Virus record (IMG/VR): IMGVR_UViG_3300010362_000046
Span: 1-41,236 of that record
From: a virus
Lineage: Duplodnaviria; Caudoviricetes
DNA length: 41,236 bases
Direction: 5' to 3' (one strand)
Positions within the stretch are counted from its first letter, which is position 1; the number at the start of each line of letters is the position of its first letter. The notes below the pieces were generated by a model. The model saw nothing but the letters and a program-made list of their open reading frames with translations. It searched no databases and was not told where the DNA came from. Both the position numbers and the translations under genes were made by a program. Below, piece by piece: positions 19,449 to 27,655 of the stretch.

Positions 19449-20291
19449 GTGAGCGTCCAGTGGATGGGCGTTATCTTCGACCACGCCAGAGGCGTGAAGG
19501 GCGCGGAACGGCTCGTGCTCCTCTCGCTCGCGAACCACGCGAACGAGGATGGCTCGTGCTTTCCCGGTATCGCGACCATCGCACGGGAAGCCGGACTCAC
19601 CGAGTCCCACGTCCAACGCGTGATGGCGACACTCGTCCGCGACGGCTTCGTGACTCGTCGTCTCAACGGTGCGCCGATGGAGATGCTCGCGCACAGTCGT
19701 CCCGACCGCCGCCCGAACCTGTACCAACTTCAGCGGCACATCATCGAACGGGGTCGCGCAGATGTGGCCCCGCCGAAAAGTGCACGGGGTCGCGATCCAC
19801 GCGGGCACGGGGTCGCGATCCACGCGGGCACGGGGTCGCGCATTTCGCGACCCGAACCATCAGAAGAACCATCAGAGAACCGTCAAGAGATTGCGGAGCC
19901 TTCGGCTCTCGCCCTCCCTGGCCTAGAGGAACCGCGAACAGCAGAAGGGAAGAAGAACAGAAGACCCCGCCCGCCGGACGTTGTGTTCGAGGCGTTGTGC
20001 GAGGCGCTCGGTGCCAAGCCGCGGTTGCTGACGAAGACGGAGCGGGCGAAGTTCAACACGGCGGCGCAGCAGCTACGCGATGTCGACGCGACGCCGGGCG
20101 AGATCGCCGACCGGGCAGCCGAGTACGTCCGTCGCTATGGGACGGCCAGGCTGACGGCGATGGCGCTCGTCGGGCAGTGGTCATCGTTGGCCGTCCGGCC
20201 GGTACCGAGCCAGTCGTCAGGACCGCCGGGCTACGAGGAGCCTTACAACTGGAGCAACGTGACGTACCACAACGAGATCGAGGGGCTGTGA
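19449..20291 (+). CDS. Replication initiator with N-terminal HTH
   Basis: ERLVLLSLANHANEDGSCFPGIATIAREAGL...V...L is a typical phage initiator HTH; contains internal iterons; coupled to helicase. Confidence 0.85.
   Translation: MSVQWMGVIFDHARGVKGAERLVLLSLANHANEDGSCFPGIATIAREAGLTESHVQRVMATLVRDGFVTRRLNGAPMEMLAHSRPDRRPNLYQLQRHIIERGRADVAPPKSARGRDPRGHGVAIHAGTGSRISRPEPSEEPSENRQEIAEPSALALPGLEEPRTAEGKKNRRPRPPDVVFEALCEALGAKPRLLTKTERAKFNTAAQQLRDVDATPGEIADRAAEYVRRYGTARLTAMALVGQWSSLAVRPVPSQSSGPPGYEEPYNWSNVTYHNEIEGL
19748..19890 (+). repeat. Iteron array, probable replication origin
   Basis: 23-nt tandem GCACGGGGTCGCGATCCACGCGG at 19782 and 19805, partial copies at 19828 and 19748, inverted CGCGACCC at 19846, then A-rich GAACC(A/G)TCA x3. 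Confidence 0.8.
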
Positions 20292-21673
20292 GTCACGTCG
20301 TCCCGTTCGATCGGACCGGCAAGAAGTTCCCACCGTTCCCGGCGCAGTCCGAACCGCAGCAGCATCGTGCGGCGGGGAAGCCACCGGAAGGTGAGCGCCG
20401 CCCGAACCACCCGCCGCACGACATCTCCGTCGAGGCCGATGCGCTCGCGCTCATGCTCCAGGAACGGTCCGGTGCGGAGCATGTGTTCTCCGAGTGCACG
20501 GCGCTCGACTTCTACCTGCCGGAGCATCGGGCGATTGCGGGTGCGATCGAGGTGCTCCACCAGGCCGAGACGCCGACGACGTCCGCGTCGATCGTGGCGG
20601 CGAAGGTTCGGGAGTGTGGCTTCGACTCTCGGCCGGACGCGGCCAGGATCGAAGCGATCCGGCTGGCCGCAGCGCCATCACTGCCGGGCGAGGTGTACGG
20701 CCGGGAGATCCGGCGGCTGTCGGCATGTCGCGCGCTGTGGCAGTCCTCGGACGCGCAACGCCAACTCGCATGGAGTGGCGACCTGGATGGGGCGCTGACC
20801 GAGCGTGAGCGCGACGTGCCGCTGCCACGTGAGGTGCTCGGACGTCCGACCCGGATCGGGGAACTCCTCGAACGGCCGATCCCCGCGTACGACTGGCTCG
20901 TCGAGTCCCTGTTCGAGGTTGGCGACCGGGTGATCGTCACCGGCATGGAAGGCGGCGGGAAGACGACCCTCCTCCGGCAGGTCGCGACCTGCTGCGCGGC
21001 CGGATGGCATCCGTTCCGCTGCGTCCCGATCCCGCCGGTCCGGGTCCTGTACGTCGACCTCCAGGACGGCGAGAACCAAAACCGTCGCGAGTATCGGCGG
21101 CTCATCGACTACCTGCGCCGCTGCCACCGGTGGGACGACCGCCGGTTCGCGCTCCGGCTCCGGCTGGCCGGGATCGACCTGACGACCGCGTCGGATGTCG
21201 CCTGGCTGCATGAGGCGATCGACGAGCACCAGGCGGAACTCGTCTGCATCGGCCCGATCTACAAGTCGTACCGGGGGTCTGACCGGCGGGGGAAAGACTC
21301 GGAGGAGACCGCGCAACTGGTGCAGGACGAACTCGACCGGCTCCGGGCCGCGTACCGGATCGCGTTCTTCATCGAAGGCCACTCCCCCCACGGGACAGCC
21401 GGAGACCGAGCCGGGTACCGGATGCGCGGCTCGGCGTCATGGCAGGGCTGGCCTGAGCAGGTGCTCGGCATGGCTGGACTGCCCGACAAGCCCGGCGAAC
21501 CGAAGGCCGTCGAGCTACGCCGGTCGCGCGGTGATCGAGACCGGTCGTGGGATCGGTGGCCGCGCACCCTGTTCGAGGGTCGGCCAGGATCGTTGCCGTG
21601 GACCGGGAACGTGAGTCCGCCACCGAAGGATGACGGCTCGACCCTGCTCCGGCCCGACGATGACGTCTTCTGA
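20288..21673 (+). CDS. Replicative helicase (DnaB N-terminal domain plus RecA-like AAA domain)
   Basis: PPHDISVE...DFYLPEHRAI (DnaB-N); Walker A GMEGGGKTT; VLYVDLQ; RGSASW. Confidence 0.85.
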   Translation: MSHVVPFDRTGKKFPPFPAQSEPQQHRAAGKPPEGERRPNHPPHDISVEADALALMLQERSGAEHVFSECTALDFYLPEHRAIAGAIEVLHQAETPTTSASIVAAKVRECGFDSRPDAARIEAIRLAAAPSLPGEVYGREIRRLSACRALWQSSDAQRQLAWSGDLDGALTERERDVPLPREVLGRPTRIGELLERPIPAYDWLVESLFEVGDRVIVTGMEGGGKTTLLRQVATCCAAGWHPFRCVPIPPVRVLYVDLQDGENQNRREYRRLIDYLRRCHRWDDRRFALRLRLAGIDLTTASDVAWLHEAIDEHQAELVCIGPIYKSYRGSDRRGKDSEETAQLVQDELDRLRAAYRIAFFIEGHSPHGTAGDRAGYRMRGSASWQGWPEQVLGMAGLPDKPGEPKAVELRRSRGDRDRSWDRWPRTLFEGRPGSLPWTGNVSPPPKDDGSTLLRPDDDVF

Positions 21674-22280
21674 GCTAGTGAGGCATCATGTGCTCGTGCC
21701 CGACGAGTGGGATCTGTTCGCCGAGAGTGTCCGGCGGGCCGAGCGAGCCGTAGCCGTGGAGGCAGTCAGCACCGTGCCAGGCAAGCGAGCCGACTTCCAG
21801 GAGTGCACCGTCGTAACGGAGCCAGACGAGACTTGCGCGAGCACCACGCAACCTGAGCGAGCCGACCGCCGAGCTAGTGCCGTTGTAGGTGAGCGAGCCG
21901 CCAGTCCGGAGTGCGCCGAGTCCGGGAAGCGAGCCGTGGGTCTGAAGCACACCGCGATGCACGAGCGAGCCGCAAGCCAAGCGGGCACCGTGTCAAGGAA
22001 GCGAGCCACGCCAGAAGCGAGTACCGACGACTACGAGCGAGCCGCTTCTACTGCGAGTACCGATGACGGCGAGCGACCCGTAACCAGCGAGTGCACCGAG
22101 ATCATCGAGGACGACTGGGTCGAGATCGCATCCGTCCTCGGCACCGACACGATCCCCGCCCCGATGGCCTACGTCCTCACCCGCTGCATCGACCGGATGC
22201 TCGAACGCGACGAAGTCTCCCCGACCGCCCCCTGGCTCGCGATCGAGTACCTCGCCGCCGACTACCTGAGCGCCCCATGA
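21660..22280 (+). CDS. Hypothetical protein whose middle is encoded by the TIGR-like array
   Basis: Frame open through all 10 units giving ERA-x4-(S/C)T-x3 12-aa repeats; overlaps helicase stop and is ATGA-coupled to the next ORF. Confidence 0.55.
   Translation: MTSSELVRHHVLVPDEWDLFAESVRRAERAVAVEAVSTVPGKRADFQECTVVTEPDETCASTTQPERADRRASAVVGERAASPECAESGKRAVGLKHTAMHERAASQAGTVSRKRATPEASTDDYERAASTASTDDGERPVTSECTEIIEDDWVEIASVLGTDTIPAPMAYVLTRCIDRMLERDEVSPTAPWLAIEYLAADYLSAP
21741..22106 (+). repeat. TIGR-like guide RNA array A (10 units, 36-nt period)
   Basis: RAGCGAGCC-like repeat at 21741, 21783, 21819, 21855, 21891, 21927, 21963, 21999, 22035, 22071; second repeat (GAGTGCACC/GCGAGYACC) 18 nt after each from unit 2 on; unique ~9-nt spacers. 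Confidence 0.9.
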
Positions 22281-22585
22281 CCCCCGCCGTCGAAGCGATG
22301 CTCACCAACCCCCAAGCCCCCACTGCCCCCCTCCACGAGTTCCTCGACGCCTACCGCGCCGACGAGAACCTCTGGTGGAAACTCCCGTCCGGCCACCACC
22401 AGAACCTGTTCGACGAAGCCATCGACACCCTCGACCTCGTCGACGACCTCACCGAACTCCGCCGCGCCGTCCGCCGCGCCCTCAACGAACTCGGCGTCCC
22501 CGACGCCCACTACCCCGCCCCCGTCACCAACGCCGTCGAGATCCTCACCGACGCCCTCGGCCAAACCCGACCAGAACACTCATGA
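22277..22585 (+). CDS. Hypothetical protein
   Basis: 102 aa, ATGA overlaps at both ends. Confidence 0.65.
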   Translation: MTPAVEAMLTNPQAPTAPLHEFLDAYRADENLWWKLPSGHHQNLFDEAIDTLDLVDDLTELRRAVRRALNELGVPDAHYPAPVTNAVEILTDALGQTRPEHS

Positions 22586-23163
22586 ATCCGTGGGACCGCC
22601 GCGACAGCGAAACGAGCAAGTCCTACGACGCCTTCCAGCGATACCTCGCCCTCGGCCCCACCCGCAGCTACGTCAAGATCGTCGAGCAATACGAACGCCC
22701 GGCGAGCTACCACCGGCAGATCGAACGCTGGTCGAGTGAGAACGACTGGGTCGACCGCGCCCTCGCCTACGACGAACACCTCTGGGAACAAGACCGCCAA
22801 GAACAGATCGAAGAAGTCCGGCTCATGCGCCGCCGCCACAACCTCCTCGCCGTCACCGCCATCGAAAAAGCCGCCGAACGCATCAAGAACATCGAACCCG
22901 AACGTCTCTCCGTCAAAGACGCCATCGCCCTCGCCGAACTCGGCACCCGCCTCGAACGCGCCACCCGCGACCCCGGCGTCCCCGCCATCGAACTCACCCA
23001 GATCACCGTCGGCCCCTCCGGCTTCGACCTCCTCGAAGCCCTCCGCCGCTCCCCCCGCCTCGTCGACCTCATGGACGAAGTCGCCGTCTCCATCCCCGGC
23101 TTCGACGGCCGCACCGAACGCGCCGCCCGTCAGCGCATCCTCGATGCCGCTCCGGGCGAGTGA
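22582..23163 (+). CDS. Terminase small subunit (probable)
   Basis: WDRRDSETSKSYDAFQRYLALGPTRS...RWSSENDWVDRALAYD; immediately upstream of terL. Confidence 0.75.
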   Translation: MNPWDRRDSETSKSYDAFQRYLALGPTRSYVKIVEQYERPASYHRQIERWSSENDWVDRALAYDEHLWEQDRQEQIEEVRLMRRRHNLLAVTAIEKAAERIKNIEPERLSVKDAIALAELGTRLERATRDPGVPAIELTQITVGPSGFDLLEALRRSPRLVDLMDEVAVSIPGFDGRTERAARQRILDAAPGE

Positions 23164-24634
23164 CCTCGCACGCCACGGCTGGCGACTCCGACCCGACCTC
23201 CTCGGCGAACGGCTCTCCGCAGGCGACTACCAACGACCCCGCCACGTCCGCCACCTCGGCGCCCAGTTAGCGAAAACCATCGCGGCCGGGAACGGCCGAC
23301 TCCTCGTCACCGCCCCACCCCGCCACTCCAAATCCGAGACGTGCTCCCACTGGACCCCCACCTGGATCGAGCACCTCGACCCGAGAACCCGCGTCCTCCT
23401 CGCCTCCTACGAAGCGACCATCGCCGACGAATGGGGCCGCGCCGTTCGCAACACCCTCTCCGAACATCCCGAACTCGACGTCACCGTCTCCGACGACTCC
23501 TCCGCCGCCATGCGCTGGCGTACGAGCGAAGGCGGCGGCATGTGGACCGCCGGAGTCGGCGGACCCCTCACCGGCCGCGGCGGCGAACTCCTCATCATCG
23601 ACGACCCGTTCCGCAACCTCGCCGACGCCATGTCCGCCGTGAAACGCGACGCCTGCTGGAACTGGTACAAGGCCGTCGCCCGCACCCGCCTCCACCCCGG
23701 CGGCACGATCATCGTCATCACGACCCGCTGGCACACCGAAGACCTCGCCGGTCATCTCCTCGAACAAGGCGACTTCGACCACCTCCGCTTCCCCGCCCTC
23801 GCCGAACCCGACGAAGCCGACCGGCAACTCATCGACGCCGGTGTCCTCGACCTCGACGACTGGCGCGACCCGATCGGCCGCGCGTACGGCGAACCCCTCT
23901 GGCCCGAACGCTTCGATCTAGAGGCGCTAGAAGCCCTCAGGAGCGACGTCGGCGAGATGTGGGCCGGGCTATACCAGCAACGCCCCACGGACCTCCAGGG
24001 CGAGCTATTCGCCCGTCAGAAGTGGAACTACGCCGACGTCCCCCCCGCCGACCTCACCGCCCTCGTCCGCCGCTTCGACCTCGCCGCCACCAAAGAAGGC
24101 GGCGACTGGACCGCCGCCGTGCTCGAAGCCCGCGACGGCCAAGGCCGCACCTACATCCTCGACGTCCGCCGCGTGCAAGCCGACCCGGCCGACGTCGAAG
24201 CGTTCTGCCGGTCCGTGTGCGAAGACGACCGGAACCTCTACCGTGGCCGGGTGCGGGTGCGGGTCGAACAGGAACCAGGCGCGTCGGGCGTCGCCCTCCG
24301 CGACCGCTACGTCCGTCAGGTCCTCGCCGGGTTCCCGGTCACGTTCGCCCCGTCGTCGGGAGACAAGGTGATCCGGGCGCTCCCGTTCGCGGCGCAGGTC
24401 GGTGCCGGGAACGTCACGCTCTGCAAGGTCGCGCACCCGATGCTCCCGATCCCCGAAGACCGGCCGATCTGGATGACCGAGTTCGTCGAAGAACACGCCG
24501 CGTTCCCGCGCGGCGGCAACGACGACATGGTCGACGCCGCCTCCCTCGCGTTCAACGATCTCGTCGCCCACGCGCCGCAGCGGGCACGGGCGAAGTCGAT
24601 GTCGGACCGGCAGGTCCTCGGCCTGCTCCGGTGA
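23144..24634 (+). CDS. terL: Terminase large subunit
   Basis: PPRHSKS (Walker A), LLIIDDP (Walker B), TRWHTEDL, YQQRP, FDLAAT, EQEPGASG, NDDMVDA nuclease motifs. Confidence 0.95.
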   Translation: MPLRASDLARHGWRLRPDLLGERLSAGDYQRPRHVRHLGAQLAKTIAAGNGRLLVTAPPRHSKSETCSHWTPTWIEHLDPRTRVLLASYEATIADEWGRAVRNTLSEHPELDVTVSDDSSAAMRWRTSEGGGMWTAGVGGPLTGRGGELLIIDDPFRNLADAMSAVKRDACWNWYKAVARTRLHPGGTIIVITTRWHTEDLAGHLLEQGDFDHLRFPALAEPDEADRQLIDAGVLDLDDWRDPIGRAYGEPLWPERFDLEALEALRSDVGEMWAGLYQQRPTDLQGELFARQKWNYADVPPADLTALVRRFDLAATKEGGDWTAAVLEARDGQGRTYILDVRRVQADPADVEAFCRSVCEDDRNLYRGRVRVRVEQEPGASGVALRDRYVRQVLAGFPVTFAPSSGDKVIRALPFAAQVGAGNVTLCKVAHPMLPIPEDRPIWMTEFVEEHAAFPRGGNDDMVDAASLAFNDLVAHAPQRARAKSMSDRQVLGLLR

Positions 24635-24786
24635 GGAACTGGTTCGTCGCCGACGAGCGGCCGTGGCGCTGCCCGGTCTGCTGGGAACGGACCAACAAGC
24701 GGGTCAGGTGGTGGCGGATCTACCGGTGCAAGCTGGGTCACCGGTGGACGCGGCTGCCGATCCCCGGCCGTCTCCGCTGGGAGTAG
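24631..24786 (+). CDS. Small zinc-ribbon protein
   Basis: GTGA overlap; CPVC...YRCKLGHRW. Confidence 0.5.
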   Translation: MRNWFVADERPWRCPVCWERTNKRVRWWRIYRCKLGHRWTRLPIPGRLRWE

Positions 24787-24814
24787 GACATTTCACGACG
24801 AACCACGCGCAAAC

Positions 24815-25165
24815 CGGGACATACACGACGGCCCGGCTCCGGGGTCGCGATCCCCTCGGCCGGGCCATGTGTCGCTGCTCGGGTCACGTCCTACCGAGCG
24901 CCCCAGCATTCCGACTCTGACCGCTGTGGACGGCGAGGTAGCTGGTGCTTGCCAGCGTTGGGGCAGGTTCCCTGGTCAAGCCCACCGCGCGCGGCGGGTC
25001 CGCTGGCGTGATCTCGGGGGCTGCTCCCCCCGCCGGGCGCTCGACACGAACCTCCCCGGTCGTCACCGGACGAGTAGGCGGCACCTGACGGGGCAGCAGG
25101 CCCCTGGCGGCGAGGGGAGTCTCCCCGCCCTCGCACCAGGTACAACACCGTACGCCGCCGCATAT
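24815..25165. ncRNA. Candidate structured non-coding RNA
   Basis: No convincing ORF; about ten consecutive or nested stems visible by eye. Confidence 0.45.
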
Positions 25166-25179
25166 TCCCGTGGTGGAAC

Positions 25180-25536
25180 TTACGACTCGTCGGGTCCGTA
25201 CCGCTCCACGAAGTCCATCGACCGGTCGACGTCGTCGTCCTCGGCGGGCAGGCCCCGCCGCGCCCGCCACTCGTTCATCGCCTGGTTCACGAGCGCCGGA
25301 GTGAACGCCGGACCGGACGGCGCCTGCTGCTGCTCCGGCGTGACCTCGACGTCCATGCTCGCCAGCAACTGCCGCAGTAGCTCCTCACCCTCGGCGTCGA
25401 GCCGCCCTTCTTCGAGCGCGATCCCCCCGGCGAGGATCATGAACACGACCGTCATCGGCTGCACGTGCAGCTTCCGGGCGATCTGCCCGGCGAGTTGCCG
25501 CTGCCGAGCATCGAGCCGGACCCACGCCTCGGTCAC
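25180..25536 (-). CDS. Hypothetical protein
   Basis: GTG start overlapping upstream stop; 118 aa. Confidence 0.6.
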   Translation of the reverse strand: MTEAWVRLDARQRQLAGQIARKLHVQPMTVVFMILAGGIALEEGRLDAEGEELLRQLLASMDVEVTPEQQQAPSGPAFTPALVNQAMNEWRARRGLPAEDDDVDRSMDFVERYGPDES

Positions 25537-25727
25537 GACGTCACCCGCCGGAGCCGCAGCACGTAGATCCCGACCGGCCCGACCTTCCACGCCCGCCGCA
25601 GGATCGTGTCGCCGTACATCCACCGGTGCCCGGCGCAGAAGTCCTCGCCGGTCGAGTAGCCGATCCGGGTCCACTCCCACGGCCCGCGTTCGTGGCGGAC
25701 GGTGCGTTCGGACACGCGTGGTTCCAT
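25533..25727 (-). CDS. Hypothetical protein
   Basis: 64 aa; -10-like TAGGCT 6 nt before ATG (leaderless). Confidence 0.55.
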   Translation of the reverse strand: MEPRVSERTVRHERGPWEWTRIGYSTGEDFCAGHRWMYGDTILRRAWKVGPVGIYVLRLRRVTS

Positions 25728-25774
25728 CCCCCGAGCCTAGATAACTCCAGCCGTTAGTGGAGTAAACTTCTGGC
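25728..25774. promoter_or_regulatory. Divergent leaderless promoters with operator
   Basis: TAAACT (25763-68) 6 nt before + ATG; TAGGCT 6 nt before - ATG; ACTCCA-N8-TGGAGT inverted repeat 25744-25763. Confidence 0.6.
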
Positions 25775-26062
25775 ATGCCAAAGCCACACTCCGTCTCCGT
25801 ACAAGATGCACTGTGGGACGAAGCGATGGCCCGTGCGAAGTCCGAGAAACGGTCCCTGTCGGGGACGATCTCGACGCTGCTGCGCGGCTGGCTCGACGGC
25901 CAGATACACCTCGACACGTCCGCTCCGGCGTCGAACGGGACGCAACCCGACGACGAGTGCCTCCACCGGCAGCTTCGGTTCCTGCGGGCCGCGCAACGCT
26001 ACAAGTGCGAAGCCTGTGGACAACTGTTCGCGCAGCGGCCGTCCCGCGCCACCGTTCACTAA
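25775..26062 (+). CDS. Ribbon-helix-helix DNA-binding protein with C-terminal Zn ribbon
   Basis: HSVSVQDALWDEAMARAKSEKRSLSGTISTLLRGWL fits RHH; CLH...CEACG. Confidence 0.7.
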   Translation: MPKPHSVSVQDALWDEAMARAKSEKRSLSGTISTLLRGWLDGQIHLDTSAPASNGTQPDDECLHRQLRFLRAAQRYKCEACGQLFAQRPSRATVH

Positions 26063-26064
26063 CG

Positions 26065-26439
26065 GTGCTGGTCGAGCCGGTCGTCGCGCTCGTCATCGCG
26101 CTCGCCGTCTACCGGGTCGCGCGCGGCCTCACGTCCGACTCGCTGTTCGAGGGCTGGCGGGACCGGCTCGAACGGTGGGGCTACCAGGAGGACCGGCTCG
26201 CGTACCGCAACGTCGAACTGAAAGGGCGGGGCCACTCGAAGTACCTGACGCTCACGCGGGGGAAGCTGGTGGACCTGCTGACCTGCCCGATGTGTCTCAG
26301 CTTCCACGGCGCCTGGATCGCGCTGTGTGTGTGGACGACGTCATGGCCGTGGCAACTCGGCTGGAAGGGCTGGACCCTGGCGTTCGGGATTGCCGGGGCC
26401 TGCGCCCTGTTCTTCGGCTGGGATGCCTACGAGGAGTGA
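26065..26439 (+). CDS. DUF1360-like membrane protein
   Basis: LAVYRVARGLTSD...LLTCPMCLS plus hydrophobic segments. Confidence 0.7.
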   Translation: MLVEPVVALVIALAVYRVARGLTSDSLFEGWRDRLERWGYQEDRLAYRNVELKGRGHSKYLTLTRGKLVDLLTCPMCLSFHGAWIALCVWTTSWPWQLGWKGWTLAFGIAGACALFFGWDAYEE

Positions 26440-26580
26440 CCGGGCTTCGGTCATCGCTGCGGCCCACCGGTCGTCCCAGCCAGGGAGTTCGGCGGTCGCG
26501 GCTTCTTCGTCGAGTGCGACGATGCGGGCGAGGAGTTCGAGCACGGCGACCTGACCGCGCGCGAATGGTTCGGTGCTCAC
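26341..26580 (-). CDS. Hypothetical protein
   Basis: GTG start supplied by the last repeat (GTGAGCACC) of array B; 3' end overlaps the convergent gene. Confidence 0.45.
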   Translation of the reverse strand: MSTEPFARGQVAVLELLARIVALDEEAATAELPGWDDRWAAAMTEARSLLVGIPAEEQGAGPGNPERQGPALPAELPRP

Positions 26581-26886
26581 GGGTGAGACGGCTCGCTCAA
26601 GTACGTCGGTGTGCTCCCAGAACACGGCTCGGCTGGGACGGTGCTCACCATGATCTCGGCTCGCGCTTTGCGGCAACGGTGCTCACACACGCAACGGCTC
26701 GCTCTCGAACTTCGGTGCCCTGCCATCTTCACGGCTCGCTGTCGAGACTCGGTGCACTCCGATACCACGGCTCGCTCGGTGACGACGGTGCCCGTCGTAC
26801 GTTTCGGCTCGCTCCCACAGCACGGTGCCCTCAAAGACATCGGCTCGCTCACGCTTCCCGGTGCGCTTCGCACCTACGGCTCACGC
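26572..26886 (-). repeat. TIGR-like array B (about 8.5 units)
   Basis: + strand GGCTCGCTC-like at 26590, 26626, 26658, 26696, 26733, 26769, 26806, 26842, 26878 alternating with GGTGCNCTC-like repeats. Confidence 0.9.
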
Positions 26887-27018
26887 CCGCGGTTGACGGC
26901 GATCGCTCCGTTCTTCTCCAGCCTCGTGATCGCGTTCGCGACGGCGTTCCCCGGCGACGACCAACGCGCAGAACAGGCCGACGAGGACTCCGGCAGCGAA
27001 TGCGGTTGCGGGCTTCAC
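26881..27018 (-). CDS. Small single-TM protein between arrays
   Basis: GTG directly after a GGGGAGCGAGCC repeat; AFAAGVLVGLFCALVVAG; its TGA lies in the first repeat of array B. Confidence 0.5.
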   Translation of the reverse strand: MKPATAFAAGVLVGLFCALVVAGERRRERDHEAGEERSDRRQPRA

Positions 27019-27102
27019 GGCTCGCTCCCCTGAGTACGGTGCGACACTTGGCTCACGGCTCACTCTTGACGTGCGGTGCTCTCCCCACTTACCGGCTCAG
27101 AA
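27019..27102 (-). repeat. TIGR-like array C (2 units)
   Basis: Repeat 1 at 27019, 27057, 27094; repeat 2 at 27038, 27075. Confidence 0.7.
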
Positions 27103-27316
27103 CGACACGACAGTGGATCTCGCAGTTCGCCGGGAGCACGTCGGCGAGGAACGACGACCCGTTGAACTCCTCGGCGGTGACGGTCACCTCGTAGACGTCG
27201 AGGCCATCGCGCGACGTCCGGACCCACTCGGGATCGAGCGGGATCGTGGTCTTCGCTCCGGTCTCGGGATCGAGACGCATGAGGCGCAGACCTTCGGGCT
27301 TACAGCGATCTGTCAT
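27089..27316 (-). CDS. Hypothetical protein
   Basis: 75 aa; TACACT box 8 nt upstream of ATG. Confidence 0.6.
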   Translation of the reverse strand: MTDRCKPEGLRLMRLDPETGAKTTIPLDPEWVRTSRDGLDVYEVTVTAEEFNGSSFLADVLPANCEIHCRVVLSR

Positions 27317-27590
27317 CGGCCGCTAGTGTAGCCGCCTCGACTTCGTCGACCTGGGTCCATTCGCGTGCGACGTACACCCACAGTTGCTCGTCGTGGTACT
27401 CGGCGGACACGATCCGTTCATCGAGACCGAGGCGGATCTCGTGGTCGGCGACCGTGATGATCAGCCGAACCGAGCCGCGCCGACCGAAGTAGACGCCCGG
27501 CTCGTCGCTCTTGTAGTCCGGTGCACTCGCTGTCGTCGGCTCGCTCGAATCCTCCGGTGCGCGCATGTCCTTACGGCTCGCTCGCTTCAT
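27300..27590 (-). CDS. Hypothetical protein (N-terminus overlaps array D)
   Basis: 96-aa ORF; start uncertain. Confidence 0.5.
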   Translation of the reverse strand: MKRASRKDMRAPEDSSEPTTASAPDYKSDEPGVYFGRRGSVRLIITVADHEIRLGLDERIVSAEYHDEQLWVYVAREWTQVDEVEAATLAADDRSL

Positions 27591-27655
27591 GTGGTGCGGT
27601 CACGGGAATCGGCTCGCTTCCTCTCTCCGGTGCCCTCCGGCAAGGCGGCTCACAA
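27499..27655 (-). repeat. TIGR-like array D (4 units)
   Basis: Repeat 1 at 27499, 27538, 27575, 27611, 27647; repeat 2 at 27520, 27556, 27593, 27629. Confidence 0.85.

Noticed and set aside
18412-24634. Track start sites for WhiB (18412), helicase (19241), terS (22375) and terL (22736)
   Set aside because: The extensions are low-complexity and overlap other genes; downstream coupled starts were chosen
25806-27194. Long + strand ORFs crossing arrays B and C (462 aa, 140 aa)
   Set aside because: Antisense read-through of stop-poor repeats; promoters and coupled genes indicate minus-strand transcription beyond 26.5 kb
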